A stretch of 64,000 bases of DNA from Eledone cirrhosa (GCA_964016885.1 OZ024759.1:9796001-9860000); one strand, 5' to 3'; positions 37,410 to 51,384 are shown, counted from the first letter of the stretch. The notes: generated by a model not told the origin, from the sequence alone. Made by a program: numbers and translations.

Positions 37410-40400
37410 TTATATAAAACTAGTACCTTAGTGTGGTACCATTAAAGATATTTGTATAAAACCAGTACCTTAGTATGGTCCAAATTGAGATAGTATTTGT
37501 ATAAACTAGTACCTTAGTATGGTACAGGTTAGGATAGTATTTGTATAAACTAGTACCTTAGTATGGTACAGGTTAGGATAGTATTTGTATAAACTAGTAC
37601 CTCAGTATGGTCCAGGTTATGACAGTATTTGTATAAACTAGTACCTCAGTATGGTACAGGTTAGGATAGTATTTGTATAAACTAGTACCTTAGTATGGTA
37701 CAGGTTAGGATAGTATTTGTATAAACTAGTACCTTAGTATGGTACAGGTTAGGATAGTATTTGTATAAACTAGTACCTTAGTATGGTACAGGTTATGACA
37801 GTATTTGTATAAACTAGTACCTTAGTATGGTACAGGTTATGACAGTATTTGTATAAACTAGTACCTTAGTATGGTACAGGTTATGACAGTATTTGTATAA
37901 ACTAGTACCTTAGTATGGTACAGGTTAGGATAGTATTTGTATAAACTAGTACCTTAGTATGGTACAGGTTATGACAGTATTTGTATAAACTAGTACCTTA
38001 GTATGGTACAGGTTATGATAGTATTTGTATAAACTAGTACCTTAGTATGGTACAGGTTATGACAGTATTTGTATAAACTAGTACCTTAGTATGGTACAGG
38101 TTATGACAGTATTTGTATAAACTAGTACCTTAGTATGGTACAGGTTAGGATAGTATTTGTATAAACTAGTACCTTAGTATGGTACAGGTTAGGATAGTAT
38201 TTGTATAAACTAGTACCTTAGTATGGTACAGGTTAGGATAGTATTTGTATAAACTAGTACCTTAGTATGGTACAGGTTAGGATAGTATTTGTATAAACTA
38301 GTACCTTAGTATGGTACAGGTTAGGATAGTATTTGTATAAACTAGTACCTTAGTATGGTACAGGTTAGGATAGTATTTGTATAAACTAGTACCTTAGTAT
38401 GGTACAGGTTAGGATAGTATTTGTATAAACTAGTACCTGAGTATGGTACAGGTTATGACAGTATTTGTATAAACTAGTACCTTAGTATGGTACAGGTTAT
38501 GACAGTATTTGTATAAACTAGTACCTTAGTATGGTACAGGTTATGACAGTATTTGTATAAACTAGTACCTCAGTATGGTACAGGTTATGACAGTATTTGT
38601 ATAAACTAGTAACTTAGTATGGTACAGGTTAGGATAGTATTTGTATAAACTAGTACCTTAGTATGGTACAGGTTATGACAGTATTTGTATAAACTAGTAC
38701 CTCAGTATGGTACAGGTTATGACAGTATTTGTATAAACTAGTAACTTAGTATGGTACAGGTTAGGATAGTATTTGTATAAACTAGTACCTTAGTATGGTA
38801 CAGGTTATGACAGTATTTGTATAAACTAGTACCTCAGTATGGTACAGGTTATGACAGTATTTGTATAAACTAGTAACTTAGTATGGTACAGGTTAGGATA
38901 GTATTTGTATAAACTAGTACCTTAGTATGGTACAGGTTATGACAGTATTTGTATAAACTAGTACCTCAGTATGGTACAGGTTATGACAGTATTTGTATAA
39001 ACTAGTAACTTAGTATGGTACAGGTTAGGATAGTATTTGTATAAACTAGTACCTTAGTATGGTACAGGTTATGACAGTATTTGTATAAACTAGTACCTCA
39101 GTATGGTACAGGTTATGACAGTATTTGTATAAACTAGTACCTTAGTATGGTACAGGTTATGACAGTATTTGTATAAACTAGTACCTCAGTATGGTACAGG
39201 TTATGACAGTATTTGTATAAACTAGTAACTTAGTATGGTACAGGTTATGACAGTATTTGTATAAACTAGTAACTTAGTATGGTCCAGGTTAGGATAGTAT
39301 TTGTATAAACTAGTACCTTAGTATGGTACAGGTTAGGACAGTATTTGTATAAACTAGTACCTCAGTATGGTACAGGTTATGACAGTATTTGTATAAACTA
39401 GTACCTCAGTATGGTACAGGTTATGACAGTATTTGTATAAACTAGTACCTTAGTATGGTCCAGGTTAGGATAGTATTTGTATAAACTAGTACCTTAGTAT
39501 GGTACAGGTTATGACAGTATTTGTATAAACTAGTAACTTAGTGTGGTACAGGTTATGACAGTATTTGTATAAACTAGTAACTTAGTATGGTACAGGTTAT
39601 GACAGTATTTGTATAAACTAGTAACTTAGTATGGTCCAGGTTAGGATAGTATTTGTATAAACTAGTACCTTAGTATGGTCCAGGTTATGACAGTATTTGT
39701 ATAAACTAGTACCTTAGTATGGTCCAGGTTAGGATAGTATTTGTATAAACTAGTACCTTAGTATGGTACAGGTTATGATAGTATTTGTATAAACTAGTAC
39801 CTTAGTATGGTACAGGTTATGATAGTATTTGTATAAACTAGTACCTTAGTATGGTACAGGTTATGACAGTATTTGTATAAACTAGTAACTTAGTGTGGTA
39901 CAGGTTATGACAGTATTTGTATAAACTAGTAACTTAGTATGGTACAGGTTAGGATAGTATTTGTATAAACTAGTACCTTAGTATGGTCCAGGTTATGACA
40001 GTATTTGTATAAACTAGTACCTCAGTATGGTACAGGTTATGATAGTATTTGTATAAACTAGTACCTCAGTATGGTACAGGTTATGATAGTATTTGTATAA
40101 ACTAGTACCTTAGTATGGTACAGGTTATGATAGTATTTGTATAAACTAGTACCTTAGTATGGTACAGGTTATGACAGTATTTGTATAAACTAGTACCTCA
40201 GTATGGTACAGGTTATGACAGTATTTGTATAAACTAGTACCTCAGTATGGTACAGGTTATGATAGTATTTGTATAAACTAGTACCTTAGTATGGTACAGG
40301 TTATGATAGTATTTGTATAAACTAGTACCTTAGTATGGTACAGGTTATGACAGTATTTGTATAAACTAGTAACTTAGTGTGGTACAGGTTATGACAGTAT

Positions 40401-43400
40401 TTGTATAAACTAGTAACTTAGTATGGTACAGGTTATGACAGTATTTGTATAAACTAGTAACTTAGTATGGTCCAGGTTAGGATAGTATTTGTATAAACTA
40501 GTACCTTAGTATGGTCCAGGTTATGACAGTATTTGTATAAACTAGTACCTTAGTATGGTCCAGGTTAGGATAGTATTTGTATAAACTAGTACCTTAGTAT
40601 GGTACAGGTTATGATAGTATTTGTATAAACTAGTACCTTAGTATGGTACAGGTTAGGATAGTATTTGTATAAACTAGTACCTTAGTATGGTACAGGTTAG
40701 GATAGTATTTGTATAAACTAGTACATTAGTATGGTACAGGTTAGGATAGTATTTGTATAAACTAGTACCTGAGTATGGTACAGGTTATGACAGTATTTGT
40801 ATAAACTAGTACCTTAGTATGGTACAGGTTATGACAGTATTTGTATAAACTAGTACCTTAGTATGGTACAGGTTATGACAGTATTTGTATAAACTAGTAC
40901 CTCAGTATGGTACAGGTTATGACAGTATTTGTATAAACTAGTAACTTAGTATGGTACAGGTTAGGATAGTATTTGTATAAACTAGTACCTTAGTATGGTA
41001 CAGGTTATGACAGTATTTGTATAAACTAGTACCTCAGTATGGTACAGGTTATGACAGTATTTGTATAAACTAGTACCTTAGTATGGTACAGGTTATGACA
41101 GTATTTGTATAAACTAGTACCTCAGTATGGTACAGGTTATGACAGTATTTGTATAAACTAGTAACTTAGTATGGTACAGGTTATGACAGTATTTGTATAA
41201 ACTAGTAACTTAGTATGGTCCAGGTTAGGATAGTATTTGTATAAACTAGTACCTTAGTATGGTCCAGGTTATGACAGTATTTGTATAAACTAGTACCTTA
41301 GTATGGTCCAGGTTAGGATAGTATTTGTATAAACTAGTACCTTAGTATGGTACAGGTTATGATAGTATTTGTATAAACTAGTACCTTAGTATGGTACAGG
41401 TTATGACAGTATTTGTATAAACTAGTACCTTAGTATGGTACAGGTTATGACAGTATTTGTATAAACTAGTACCTTAGTATGGTACAGGTTAGGATAGTAT
41501 TTGTATAAACTAGTACCTTAGTATGGTACAGGTTAGGATAGTATTTGTATAAACTAGTACCTTAGTATGGTACAGGTTAGGATAGTATTTGTATAAACTA
41601 GTACCTTAGTATGGTACAGGTTAGGATAGTATTTGTATAAACTAGTACCTTAGTATGGTACAGGTTAGGATAGTATTTGTATAAACTAGTACCTTAGTAT
41701 GGTACAGGTTAGGATAGTATTTGTATAAACTAGTACCTTAGTATGGTACAGGTTAGGATAGTATTTGTATAAACTAGTACCTGAGTATGGTACAGGTTAT
41801 GACAGTATTTGTATAAACTAGTACCTTAGTATGGTACAGGTTATGACAGTATTTGTATAAACTAGTACCTTAGTATGGTACAGGTTATGACAGTATTTGT
41901 ATAAACTAGTACCTCAGTATGGTACAGGTTATGACAGTATTTGTATAAACTAGTAACTTAGTATGGTACAGGTTAGGATAGTATTTGTATAAACTAGTAC
42001 CTTAGTATGGTACAGGTTATGACAGTATTTGTATAAACTAGTACCTCAGTATGGTACAGGTTATGACAGTATTTGTATAAACTAGTAACTTAGTATGGTA
42101 CAGGTTAGGATAGTATTTGTATAAACTAGTACCTTAGTATGGTACAGGTTATGACAGTATTTGTATAAACTAGTACCTCAGTATGGTACAGGTTATGACA
42201 GTATTTGTATAAACTAGTACCTTAGTATGGTACAGGTTATGACAGTATTTGTATAAACTAGTACCTCAGTATGGTACAGGTTATGACAGTATTTGTATAA
42301 ACTAGTAACTTAGTATGGTACAGGTTATGACAGTATTTGTATAAACTAGTAACTTAGTATGGTCCAGGTTAGGATAGTATTTGTATAAACTAGTACCTTA
42401 GTATGGTACAGGTTAGGACAGTATTTGTATAAACTAGTACCTCAGTATGGTACAGGTTATGACAGTATTTGTATAAACTAGTACCTCAGTATGGTACAGG
42501 TTATGACAGTATTTGTATAAACTAGTACCTTAGTATGGTCCAGGTTAGGATAGTATTTGTATAAACTAGTACCTTAGTATGGTACAGGTTATGACAGTAT
42601 TTGTATAAACTAGTAACTTAGTGTGGTACAGGTTATGACAGTATTTGTATAAACTAGTAACTTAGTATGGTACAGGTTATGACAGTATTTGTATAAACTA
42701 GTAACTTAGTATGGTCCAGGTTAGGATAGTATTTGTATAAACTAGTACCTTAGTATGGTCCAGGTTATGACAGTATTTGTATAAACTAGTACCTTAGTAT
42801 GGTCCAGGTTAGGATAGTATTTGTATAAACTAGTACCTTAGTATGGTACAGGTTATGACAGTATTTGTATAAACTAGTAACTTAGTGTGGTACAGGTTAT
42901 GACAGTATTTGTATAAACTAGTAACTTAGTATGGTACAGGTTATGACAGTATTTGTATAAACTAGTAACTTAGTATGGTCCAGGTTAGGATAGTATTTGT
43001 ATAAACTAGTACCTTAGTATGGTCCAGGTTAGGATAGTATTTGTATCAACTAGTACCTTAGTATGGTCCAGGTTATGACAGTATTTGTATAAACTAGTAA
43101 CTTAGTATGGTCCAGGTTAGGATAGTATTTGTATAAACTAGTACCTTAGTATGGTACAGGTTATGACAGTATTTGTATAAACTAGTAACTTAGTATGGTC
43201 CAGGTTAGGATAGTATTTGTATAAACTAGTACCTTAGTATGGTACAGGTTATGACAGTATTTGTATAAACTAGTAACTTAGTATGGTCCAGGTTAGGATA
43301 GTATTTGTATAAACTAGTACCTTAGTATGGTACAGGTTAGGATAGTATTTGTATAAACTAGTACCTTAGTATGGTACAGGTTATGACAGTATTTGTATAA

Positions 43401-43908
43401 ACTAGTAACTTAGTATGGTCCAGGTTAGGATAGTATTTGTATAAACTAGTACCTTAGTATGGTACAGGTTAGGATAGTATTTGTATAAACTAGTACCTTA
43501 GTATGGTACAGGTTAGGACAGTATTTGTATAAACTAGTACCTTAGTATGGTACAGGTTAGGATAGTATTTGTATAAACTAGTACCTTAGTATGGTACAGG
43601 TTATGATAGTATTTGTATAAACCAGTACCTCAGTATGGTACAGGTTATGACAGTATTTGTATAAACTAGTACCTTAGTATGGTACAGGTTATGATAGTAT
43701 TTGTATAAACTAGTACCTCAGTATGGTACAAATTGAGATAGTATTTGTTTAAACTAGTACCTCAGTGTGGTCCAGGTTATGACAGTATTTGTATAAACTA
43801 GTACCTCAGTATGGTACAGGTTATGACAGTATTTGTATAAACTAGTACCTCAGTATGGTACAAATTGAGATAGTATTTGTTTAAACTAGTACCTCAGTGT
43901 GGTCCAGG
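37410..43908. repeat. 44-bp tandem satellite, ~147 copies
   Basis: GTATTTGTATAAACTAGTACCTTAGTATGGTACAGGTTAGGATA unit; phase recurs every 660 bp (15 units). Confidence 0.97.
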
Positions 43909-43970
43909 TCGGTGTACTAGCTGTATATCTGTCGTTTAAGGGATCAAATGAGATATTGTTCCTTGTGCAA

Positions 43971-44234
43971 TCATGGATTAGGACAGGGGTTAATGGGTAT
44001 CGATGGTTCACCATTGAGGAACATTGTCACACAAACAACACTGAAACCTAATAAAACAAAGAACACTTTACAGAGTCGTCGCCCCTTGGTGTTATTGAAC
44101 TCGCTGGGAAAGATCTCAAAGAAGGTAATGTAGAGGAAGGTCCCACAGGCAATGCCTTGAAGTAATCCCTGGATGAGACTGGAGGTAATGGTGTCCCACA
44201 AATCTATAATTAAAACACCTATACCAATACCAAC
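43971..44234 (-). pseudogene. ZIP1/2/3-type (SLC39A subfamily II) zinc transporter pseudogene, C-terminal helices
   Basis: VGIGIG...LQGIACGTFLYITFFEIFPSEF...KVFFVLLGF matches the ZIP C-terminal consensus. Confidence 0.85.
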
Positions 44235-44703
44235 ACCATCACCATCGTACAAGTGCATATAAAGGGCATTCTCAGTCAGTCTTGTGTTCTATTCTTCTCA
44301 CAGTTGCTCTCTCTCTTCACTCCATCTTTGAAGGACTAGCAATTGGTCTGGAGCAAAAACAGAGCAACATTTTGACAATCACAAGTGCAATTATACTGCA
44401 CAAGTGCACCGTCAGCCTCAGTTTGGGCATCAACTTGAGTCATAGTAAGCTGCATTATGGCAGCATTATTAAGTCCTTGCTAGGGCGGTGGATTGGCAGT
44501 ATCGGTAGAGGGTCGGATGCCATGCTTTGAAGCGTAGAGTTATGGCCCTTTATGATCTGAGTTCAAATCCCGCCGAGGTTAACTTTGCCTTTCATCCTTA
44601 CAGGGTCGATAAAATAAAGTACCAGTAATGTACTGGGGTTATTGTTGGCCTTGTGCCTAAAGTAGAAACAAATATTAAGTCCTTGCTGATGTTTTCTCTT
44701 GCA
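44234..44703 (+). pseudogene. ZIP1/2/3-type zinc transporter pseudogene, His-rich loop + metal-site helices, inverted relative to its C-terminal part and SINE-interrupted
   Basis: HHHHRTSAYKGHSQSVLCSILLTVALSLHSIFEGLAIG...AIILHK...IIKSLL[SINE]MFSLA; HSxFEGLAIG signature. Confidence 0.88.
44482..44672 (+). mobile_element. tRNA-derived SINE inserted in the ZIP pseudogene
   Basis: 15-bp target-site duplication TATTAAGTCCTTGCT (44467-44481, 44673-44687). Confidence 0.88.
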
Positions 44704-45556
44704 CATACATATATACACACACACATACACATGTACATATATACACACACACATACACACTACATACATACACACACACATACACACATACATATATACA
44801 CACACATACACACTACATACATACACACACACATACACACGTACATATATACACACACACATACACACTATATACATACACACACACATACACACGTACA
44901 TATATACACACACACATACACACTACATACATACACACACACATACACACGTACACACACACATACATACAGACGTACATACACACGTACATACATACAC
45001 ACACGCATACACACATACATACATACATACATACACACACACATACACACGTACACACATACACACGTACATACATACACACACACACACACACACATAC
45101 ACACGTACACACATACATACACACATACACACATACACACGTACACACATACACACGCACATACACACGTACATACATACACACGTACACATACACACGT
45201 ACATACATACATACATACATACACACGTACATACATACACACACACATACACACGTACATACATACACACACACATACACACGTACATACATACACACAC
45301 ACATACACACGTACATACATACATACATACACACATGCGCACACATACACACACATACACACACACATTCACACGTACATACACACACACATACACACGT
45401 ACATACATACACACACACATGCGCACACATACATACACGCATACACACACACACACCATACACACACATGCATACATACATACACACACACACATATACA
45501 CACGCACATACACATACACACACACACACACACATACTCACACATACATACACACA
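44704..45556. repeat. CA/TACA compound microsatellite
   Basis: Direct observation. Confidence 0.95.
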
Positions 45557-45716
45557 AGTTTCTTGAATATGTGTTTGTTGTGACAGTCTATTGTAAGTTA
45601 TTGATCTGTCTGTCCTTTTGAAGACCTCCCCAAATAAAAGACCTTCCCTTTTTGACTAGCTAGCTTATTATAGAAGAGGACATCTTGACAACAATAAGAC
45701 ACACGCACACACACAG

Positions 45717-45747
<31 letters not shown>

Positions 45748-45879
45748 CATATATATATACAAATAATGAATCAAAACATATCAAATATCTTTAGAATGTT
45801 TTACAATGTATGGCTCTTTCTGTCTCTCCCGATATATATACATATATCTTTTTCATTGTTATATATATATATATATATA

Positions 45880-46150
45880 TCATCATCATCATCATCATTT
45901 CATTTTACGTCCACTTTTCCCTGCTTGCAAGGGTGGGACGGGAACTGATTCTGGCTTGATTTCTACAGCTGGTTGCCCTTCCTAACACCAACCTCATTTA
46001 CAGTGAGTGCTGGGTGCTTTTTTGCCGTGGCACCTCCACGACCACTTTGCAGTGGAATGATAGGGAACCCAGTCCCTATCATCTCATTTCTACAGCTGAG
46101 TAAACTGGAGCAATGTGAAATAAAGTGTCTTGCTCAAGGAAACAACACAT
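45880..46150 (-). mobile_element. tRNA-derived SINE with RTE tail, head missing
   Basis: Homologous to 9648-9990 up to AACAACACAT, then replaced by the 46148 element. Confidence 0.8.
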
Positions 46151-46492
46151 CCATATATATATTGCTATTTCAGAGCTCCAATTCTAATTTTTAATTTCTG
46201 CCTGACCAACAACCGCTCTGCATAATCAGCTCCTGATTATTTACCAGATTTCTATAAGAATATAACATCATTGATCTCAGTAGACAGTAGTTGGCCTTGA
46301 TAAGCTTCAACAAAAGCGAAACATGTCATGTCGGCTTATCTCCTCCTGTTTACTGAGATCAAAGTGAGTGAATTTGTCACGACTTTAAATCAATAGCTTA
46401 CGGTCTTCAAAATGCTTTTAATTAAGCATAAAGTGTATTGCAAAATACATTATATATACATCCATATATATATTGCTATTTCAGAGCTCCAA

Positions 46493-46499
<7 letters not shown>
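46148..46499 (+). mobile_element. Retrozyme/pLTR-like ~310-nt monomer with a terminal ~40-bp direct repeat
   Basis: CATCCATATATATATTGCTATTTCAGAGCTCCAATTCTAAT at 46148 and 46459; internal hammerhead. Confidence 0.7.
46273..46360 (+). ncRNA. Extended type-I hammerhead ribozyme, U3:A8 covariant core
   Basis: gatctcagtagacag..gcc-TTGATAA-gctt(caacaa)aagc-GAA-ACATGTCATGT-C-ggc..ctgtttactgagatc. Confidence 0.85.
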
Positions 46500-46533
<34 letters not shown>

Positions 46534-46579
46534 TTCGTTTCTGAATTTGTTTAGCAAGATTCTTTATCTGAAAATGTGT

Positions 46580-48770
46580 GTTCCTACTTCCTCTCCCTGA
46601 TCATACGCCCCATCATTGAAATGTCCCCAGATGTATGTGACAGCACAAAGGACCTCCTCAGCAGAATCGGCGAGAGTAACCGATCTAGGGACCAAACAAA
46701 CTGCATCATAGGTAGTATGGATGTTGTGTCCCTGTATCCATCTATTGACGTGGATTTTGCTGTGGAGAAATGCGTAGAAATGATCAGTGAGAGCAATGTT
46801 GAATTCCGTGGGATTGATACCAGTGAGCTGGGACTCCTACTTAAACTTACCTATAGTAATGATTATCTAGATACATATGGCCTTAGCAACCTGTGCCCTA
46901 CAAGACCAGCAAGAGGCAGACCACCTACCATTACCTTAATAGCTAAGAAAACCCACACAGATAGATGGAATGGGTGGACCAGAGCCATACGGACCCCCGA
47001 AAACCACGATGAACTAAAGTATAATGATTGCACATGCGGTGGGGGCCAGTATAAAATTAACACTTAAGGAACATATGTTCAAATTTAATGGAAAAACATA
47101 TGCCCAAGAGGAGGGAGCAGCCATTGGTGTTAGCATTGCAGGTGACATAGCTAACCTATTCATGGTATGGTGGGACAATAGACTTAAACTTAAACTTAAA
47201 GAACAATTAGAAGACAGCAACCCCTTAACCCTGATAATGTACGCCCGCTACGTTGATGATATAAACATCGTAGTAAAAACACCCCCACTAGAGAACAGTC
47301 AGGAATTAGAGAAAAACACCATGGAAAACATCCAGCAAATAGCTAACTCCATCCACCAGAGTATTAGAGTTACTATAGACTACCCAAGCAAACACCCCAA
47401 CCATCGATTACCTGTACTTGACACAGAGCACTGGTTAGATACCATTAATAACAAAAAACAAATCCTCCATTCCCATTATGCCAAACCCATGACTTCCAAA
47501 TATCTGATCCACCGAAACTTAGCTGTTTTGGACCATACCAAAATCAACATACTGATTGCGGATTTGGTACGGGTGATGAGAAATGTGTCCCGCATGTGCA
47601 ACCCCAAAGAACTAGAGAGACACATACAACACTTCATCCACTGTATGCAGTTCTCTGGTTACAATCAGAGAGATAAAATCAGAGTATATAGAGGAGCCAG
47701 AACCAAATGAGAGAAAATGGTAAATAATGACACAAATGGGACCTGCCCCTTGTATAGGAGCAAATTTTGGAATAGAATAGAAAGAACTAGGAATAAGGTT
47801 AATAGAATAAACTCATGGTATGATAGCAATAAATACCAGAGTATAACGTTCATCGATACAACCCCTAGAGGTGAATTAGCTTACAAATTTAGAAGGGCCC
47901 TAGATAAACATAAACTCAATATTAAGATAATAGAAAGACCAGGTACCTCCATAAAAAACACTTATTAGCAATACATACCCTTTTCAAAGACCTCCCTGTA
48001 TAGATAAGAAATGTATAATCTGTAAATTAAGCCCCCATATTAACTGTAAAACTAGAAATGTAGTATATAGCATAAGATGTACTGAAGGACAATGTAGAGA
48101 TAAGAATATAGTGTACATAGGTGAGACAGCTCGTAGTATAGGGGAATGGATAAATGAACACTGGTGAGAGTTTCAAGATAGTAAAGAATCATCTGTACTC
48201 TACCAACATGCTAAAATAGAACATAAGGGTAAATTAGAGAACATAGAAATAAAAATAGAATCTACACACAGGAAAGACGCAATGTTTAGACAAATCACAG
48301 AGGCAATAAACATAAAAGAATTACAACCAAAATTAAATAGAAAACATGAATGAAATAGCAACATCACAACTTACAATTAAGGACAAAATGAAAACACACA
48401 CACACATAGAACAAACAACGAACCAGTAACATGTAAATAAACAAATAAATAAACAAATATAAACACACACAGACACCCGGATGTAACACATGCGCAAACT
48501 AAGCACACAACACACACAAAAACAAGATGGCGTAGGACAGAACAAAGGAGAGGCACAAAAACAAAGAAAAGAATCCCCAGTCACTGAAGAGGTCACAGAA
48601 TGTGTGACGAAAGAACTTTGACAATATATAAACAACCATCTGGTTGTGGAACCAACCAACCAACTGGAAATTTATAAATTCCTAAATTTATAAATTTATT
48701 ATAATAAATTGAAGTGAAAGCAACTGGTGCGTGTGTTTCTTATTGGCAACATGACCCTCCCAAAGTATAA
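46580..48770 (+). mobile_element. Penelope-like retroelement, 5'-truncated, related to 18313-21594; degenerate RT + GIY-YIG
   Basis: DVVSLYPSI, GAAIGVSIAGDIANLFM, YARYVDD, LPVLD; VVYSIRC..YIGETARS at ~48060-48140. Confidence 0.9.
48580..48622 (+). ncRNA. Hammerhead ribozyme in the Penelope pLTR
   Basis: gtca-CTGAAGA-g-gtcaca...tgtgac-GAAAGAACTT-tgac. Confidence 0.72.
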
Positions 48771-48772
48771 CA

Positions 48773-48843
<71 letters not shown>

Positions 48844-48847
<4 letters not shown>

Positions 48848-49172
48848 AAAGAGGCTGTTTGCATAATTGCAAACAAATCGAATATTATTAATATATATAT
48901 ATATGTGTGTGTGTGTGTTTGTAGCTATATTATTGATATCTATATAATGGGAAGGGAAACTCCTTATTATATACGTGAAAGCAATGAACAATTATCAGAC
49001 AATAGCAGGGAGACTGTTACAATAATAACAATAACAACAACAACAACGACGACGACGACGTTGTTGTTGTTATTGTAACAGTCTCCCTGCTATTGTCTGA
49101 TAATTGTTGATTGCTTTCACGTATATAATAAGGAGTTTCCCTTCCCATTATATAGATATCAATAATATAGCT

Positions 49173-49204
<32 letters not shown>

Positions 49205-49247
49205 TAATAATATTCGATTTGTTTGCAATTATGCAAACAGCCTCTTT

Positions 49248-49251
<4 letters not shown>
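48844..49251. repeat. ~400-bp hairpin in (TA)n (probable pLTR-derived fold-back)
   Basis: Mirrored ORFs 48740-/49104+; arms meet at (AAC)n(GAC)n(GTT)n. Confidence 0.88.
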
Positions 49252-49293
<42 letters not shown>

Positions 49294-49304
49294 TTTACAT
49301 ATAC

Positions 49305-50112
49305 GAAGTTTAGGGAACTACTACCACTGCTAGCTGCAAAAGGCTTCTCCCTCAGAATGAAAGGCAGACTGTATGATGCGTGTATCCGAACAGCGATGTT
49401 GCATGGTAGTGAGACCTGGGCGCTGAAGGTGGAAGACTTACGTAGATTAGAGAGAAACGAAGCCTGCATGCTCCGATGGATGTGTAACAGTAATATACGT
49501 GAACGACAAAGCATAAAGGAATTGAGAGAGAGACTGAGCATAAGAGGAATCAAATGCTGCGTGCAAGAGAGGCGGTTACGCTGGTATGGACATGTGATGC
49601 GTATGAAGGATGACAGCTGCATAAAAAGGTGCAGAGCACTAGAAGTTGATGGAAACCGCGGAGTGGGGAGACCCAAGATGACTTGGGATGAGGTGATAAA
49701 AGCCGACCTTACCCAACTACACCTCTCAAAGTCAATGACACACGACCGTGACTTCTGGCGTCACGCAGTAATACAGGGTACCCGACCTCCCATGGGTACA
49801 TGCTGAAGCATATAAACAATATGCCCCCCCCCCCCCCACCGCAAGGTGGTCGTGGAGGTGCCACGGCAAAAAAGCACCCAGCCCACACTGTAAAGTGGAC
49901 GTGTAGGCGCCACGGAAAAGCACCCAGCACTCACTGTAAATGAGGTTGGTGTTAGGAAGGGCATCCAGCTGTAGAAATGAAGCCAGATCAGTTCCTGTAT
50001 GAGCAAGGCATGGTCAGCCGACCAGACACTGCCCACAACAGGACAACCCGTCTAACCCATGCTAGCGTGGAAGAACGGACGTAAAACGGTGATGATGATG
50101 ATGATGATGATG
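49305..50112 (+). mobile_element. RTE LINE 3' fragment
   Basis: KGRLYDACIRTAMLHGSETW...RRLRWYGHV...GRPKMTW; 3' UTR and (TGA)n tail. Confidence 0.92.
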
Positions 50113-50350
50113 ACACATACATATACGTGTTTTGCAACTGGTTACTTTGTGGCTCAATGAAAAATTAATAAATTAAACAATCAGAGCTATATATCATAAA
50201 ACATGTCTATAGAATCACAAGATAAAATATATACTATTTCCTCTCCCAATTAGCATAATTAACCATATAAAAAATCGAATAGACCAGGCTATAAGAATGA
50301 GGCTTCTCATCACCATCATCATCATCATCTAAAACAACAACTACAATAAC

Positions 50351-51090
50351 ATGAGCAACGATGCATCTTTTTCTTCACACATCAGGAGGGTGGCGACAAT
50401 GTACAGCCGACTCGCTGGCTGGATCTTGAGGACTTTCCGGACAAGAGACCGAGACACCTTGTTGACTCTATGGAGGACATTTGTCCTAAGCCGCCTGGAC
50501 TATTGCTCCCAGCTGTGGTCACCCCATAGTGTCAAACTACCCACGGAGCTTGAGGCAATCCAACAAAGCTACACAAAGAGGATTGCCACCATGAAGGAGA
50601 CAGGCTACTGGGAGAGGCTAAAAGAACTGAAACTCTACTCCTTGGTCGAAGACGGGAGAGATACGCAGTGATATACATGTGGAAAATCTTGTAGGGACTA
50701 GCACCAAACTTTGACATTGAGAGCTGGACCAACCCCCAAACAGGGCATCACTGTGTGGTGCCATAGGTCCCGTCTTTCACATCTAGAATAAGGAGCAGAT
50801 ATTGCAATAGCCTGGGGTTCAAGGGCTCTCAACTCTTCAACAAGCTGCCGAGGGATCTGAGAGATCTGCATGGTGTGGAGGTGGATGTCTTCAAGAAACA
50901 TCTCAACACCTTGCTATCCAGGATCCCGGATGAGCCACAGCATGGCACAATGGAAACCTAAGGGCAGCAGCAACAAACTCCCCCTTGCACCAATGGCCAG
51001 CCAACACAGGCTGGAGATAGGTGTAGCAACAAGGGCGGTGCCCCAGCATGGCCTCAGCCGGATGGCTGGAACTGGTAAAAGAGTAAAAGA
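50351..51090 (+). mobile_element. CR1-clade LINE 3' fragment
   Basis: GWILRTF...VLSRLDYCSQLWSP...LEAIQ...YWERLKELKLYSL. Confidence 0.8.
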
Positions 51091-51384
51091 GTATATTTAT
51101 ATATATCATCATTATCATATACAAAGTGAACATGTAAAAGACATGTCAAAAAGCACCCAGCCCACACTGTAAATGAGGTTGTTGTTAGGAAGGGCATCCA
51201 GCTGTAGAAAACCAGTCAGAAACACCCCTATATGAGCGAGACACGGTCACCCGACCCAACTTGACTCTAAATGGGACCCGTCTAACCCATGTTAGTGTGG
51301 AAGATGGACATTAATCGATGATGATGATGATGATATATATATATACAATGAACCCCCAGCATTCATGGTCCCGGTTATTCACAG

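Noticed and set aside
37410-43908. CRISPR-like regular array
   Set aside because: Head-to-tail units with no unique spacers, no cas genes, eukaryotic context
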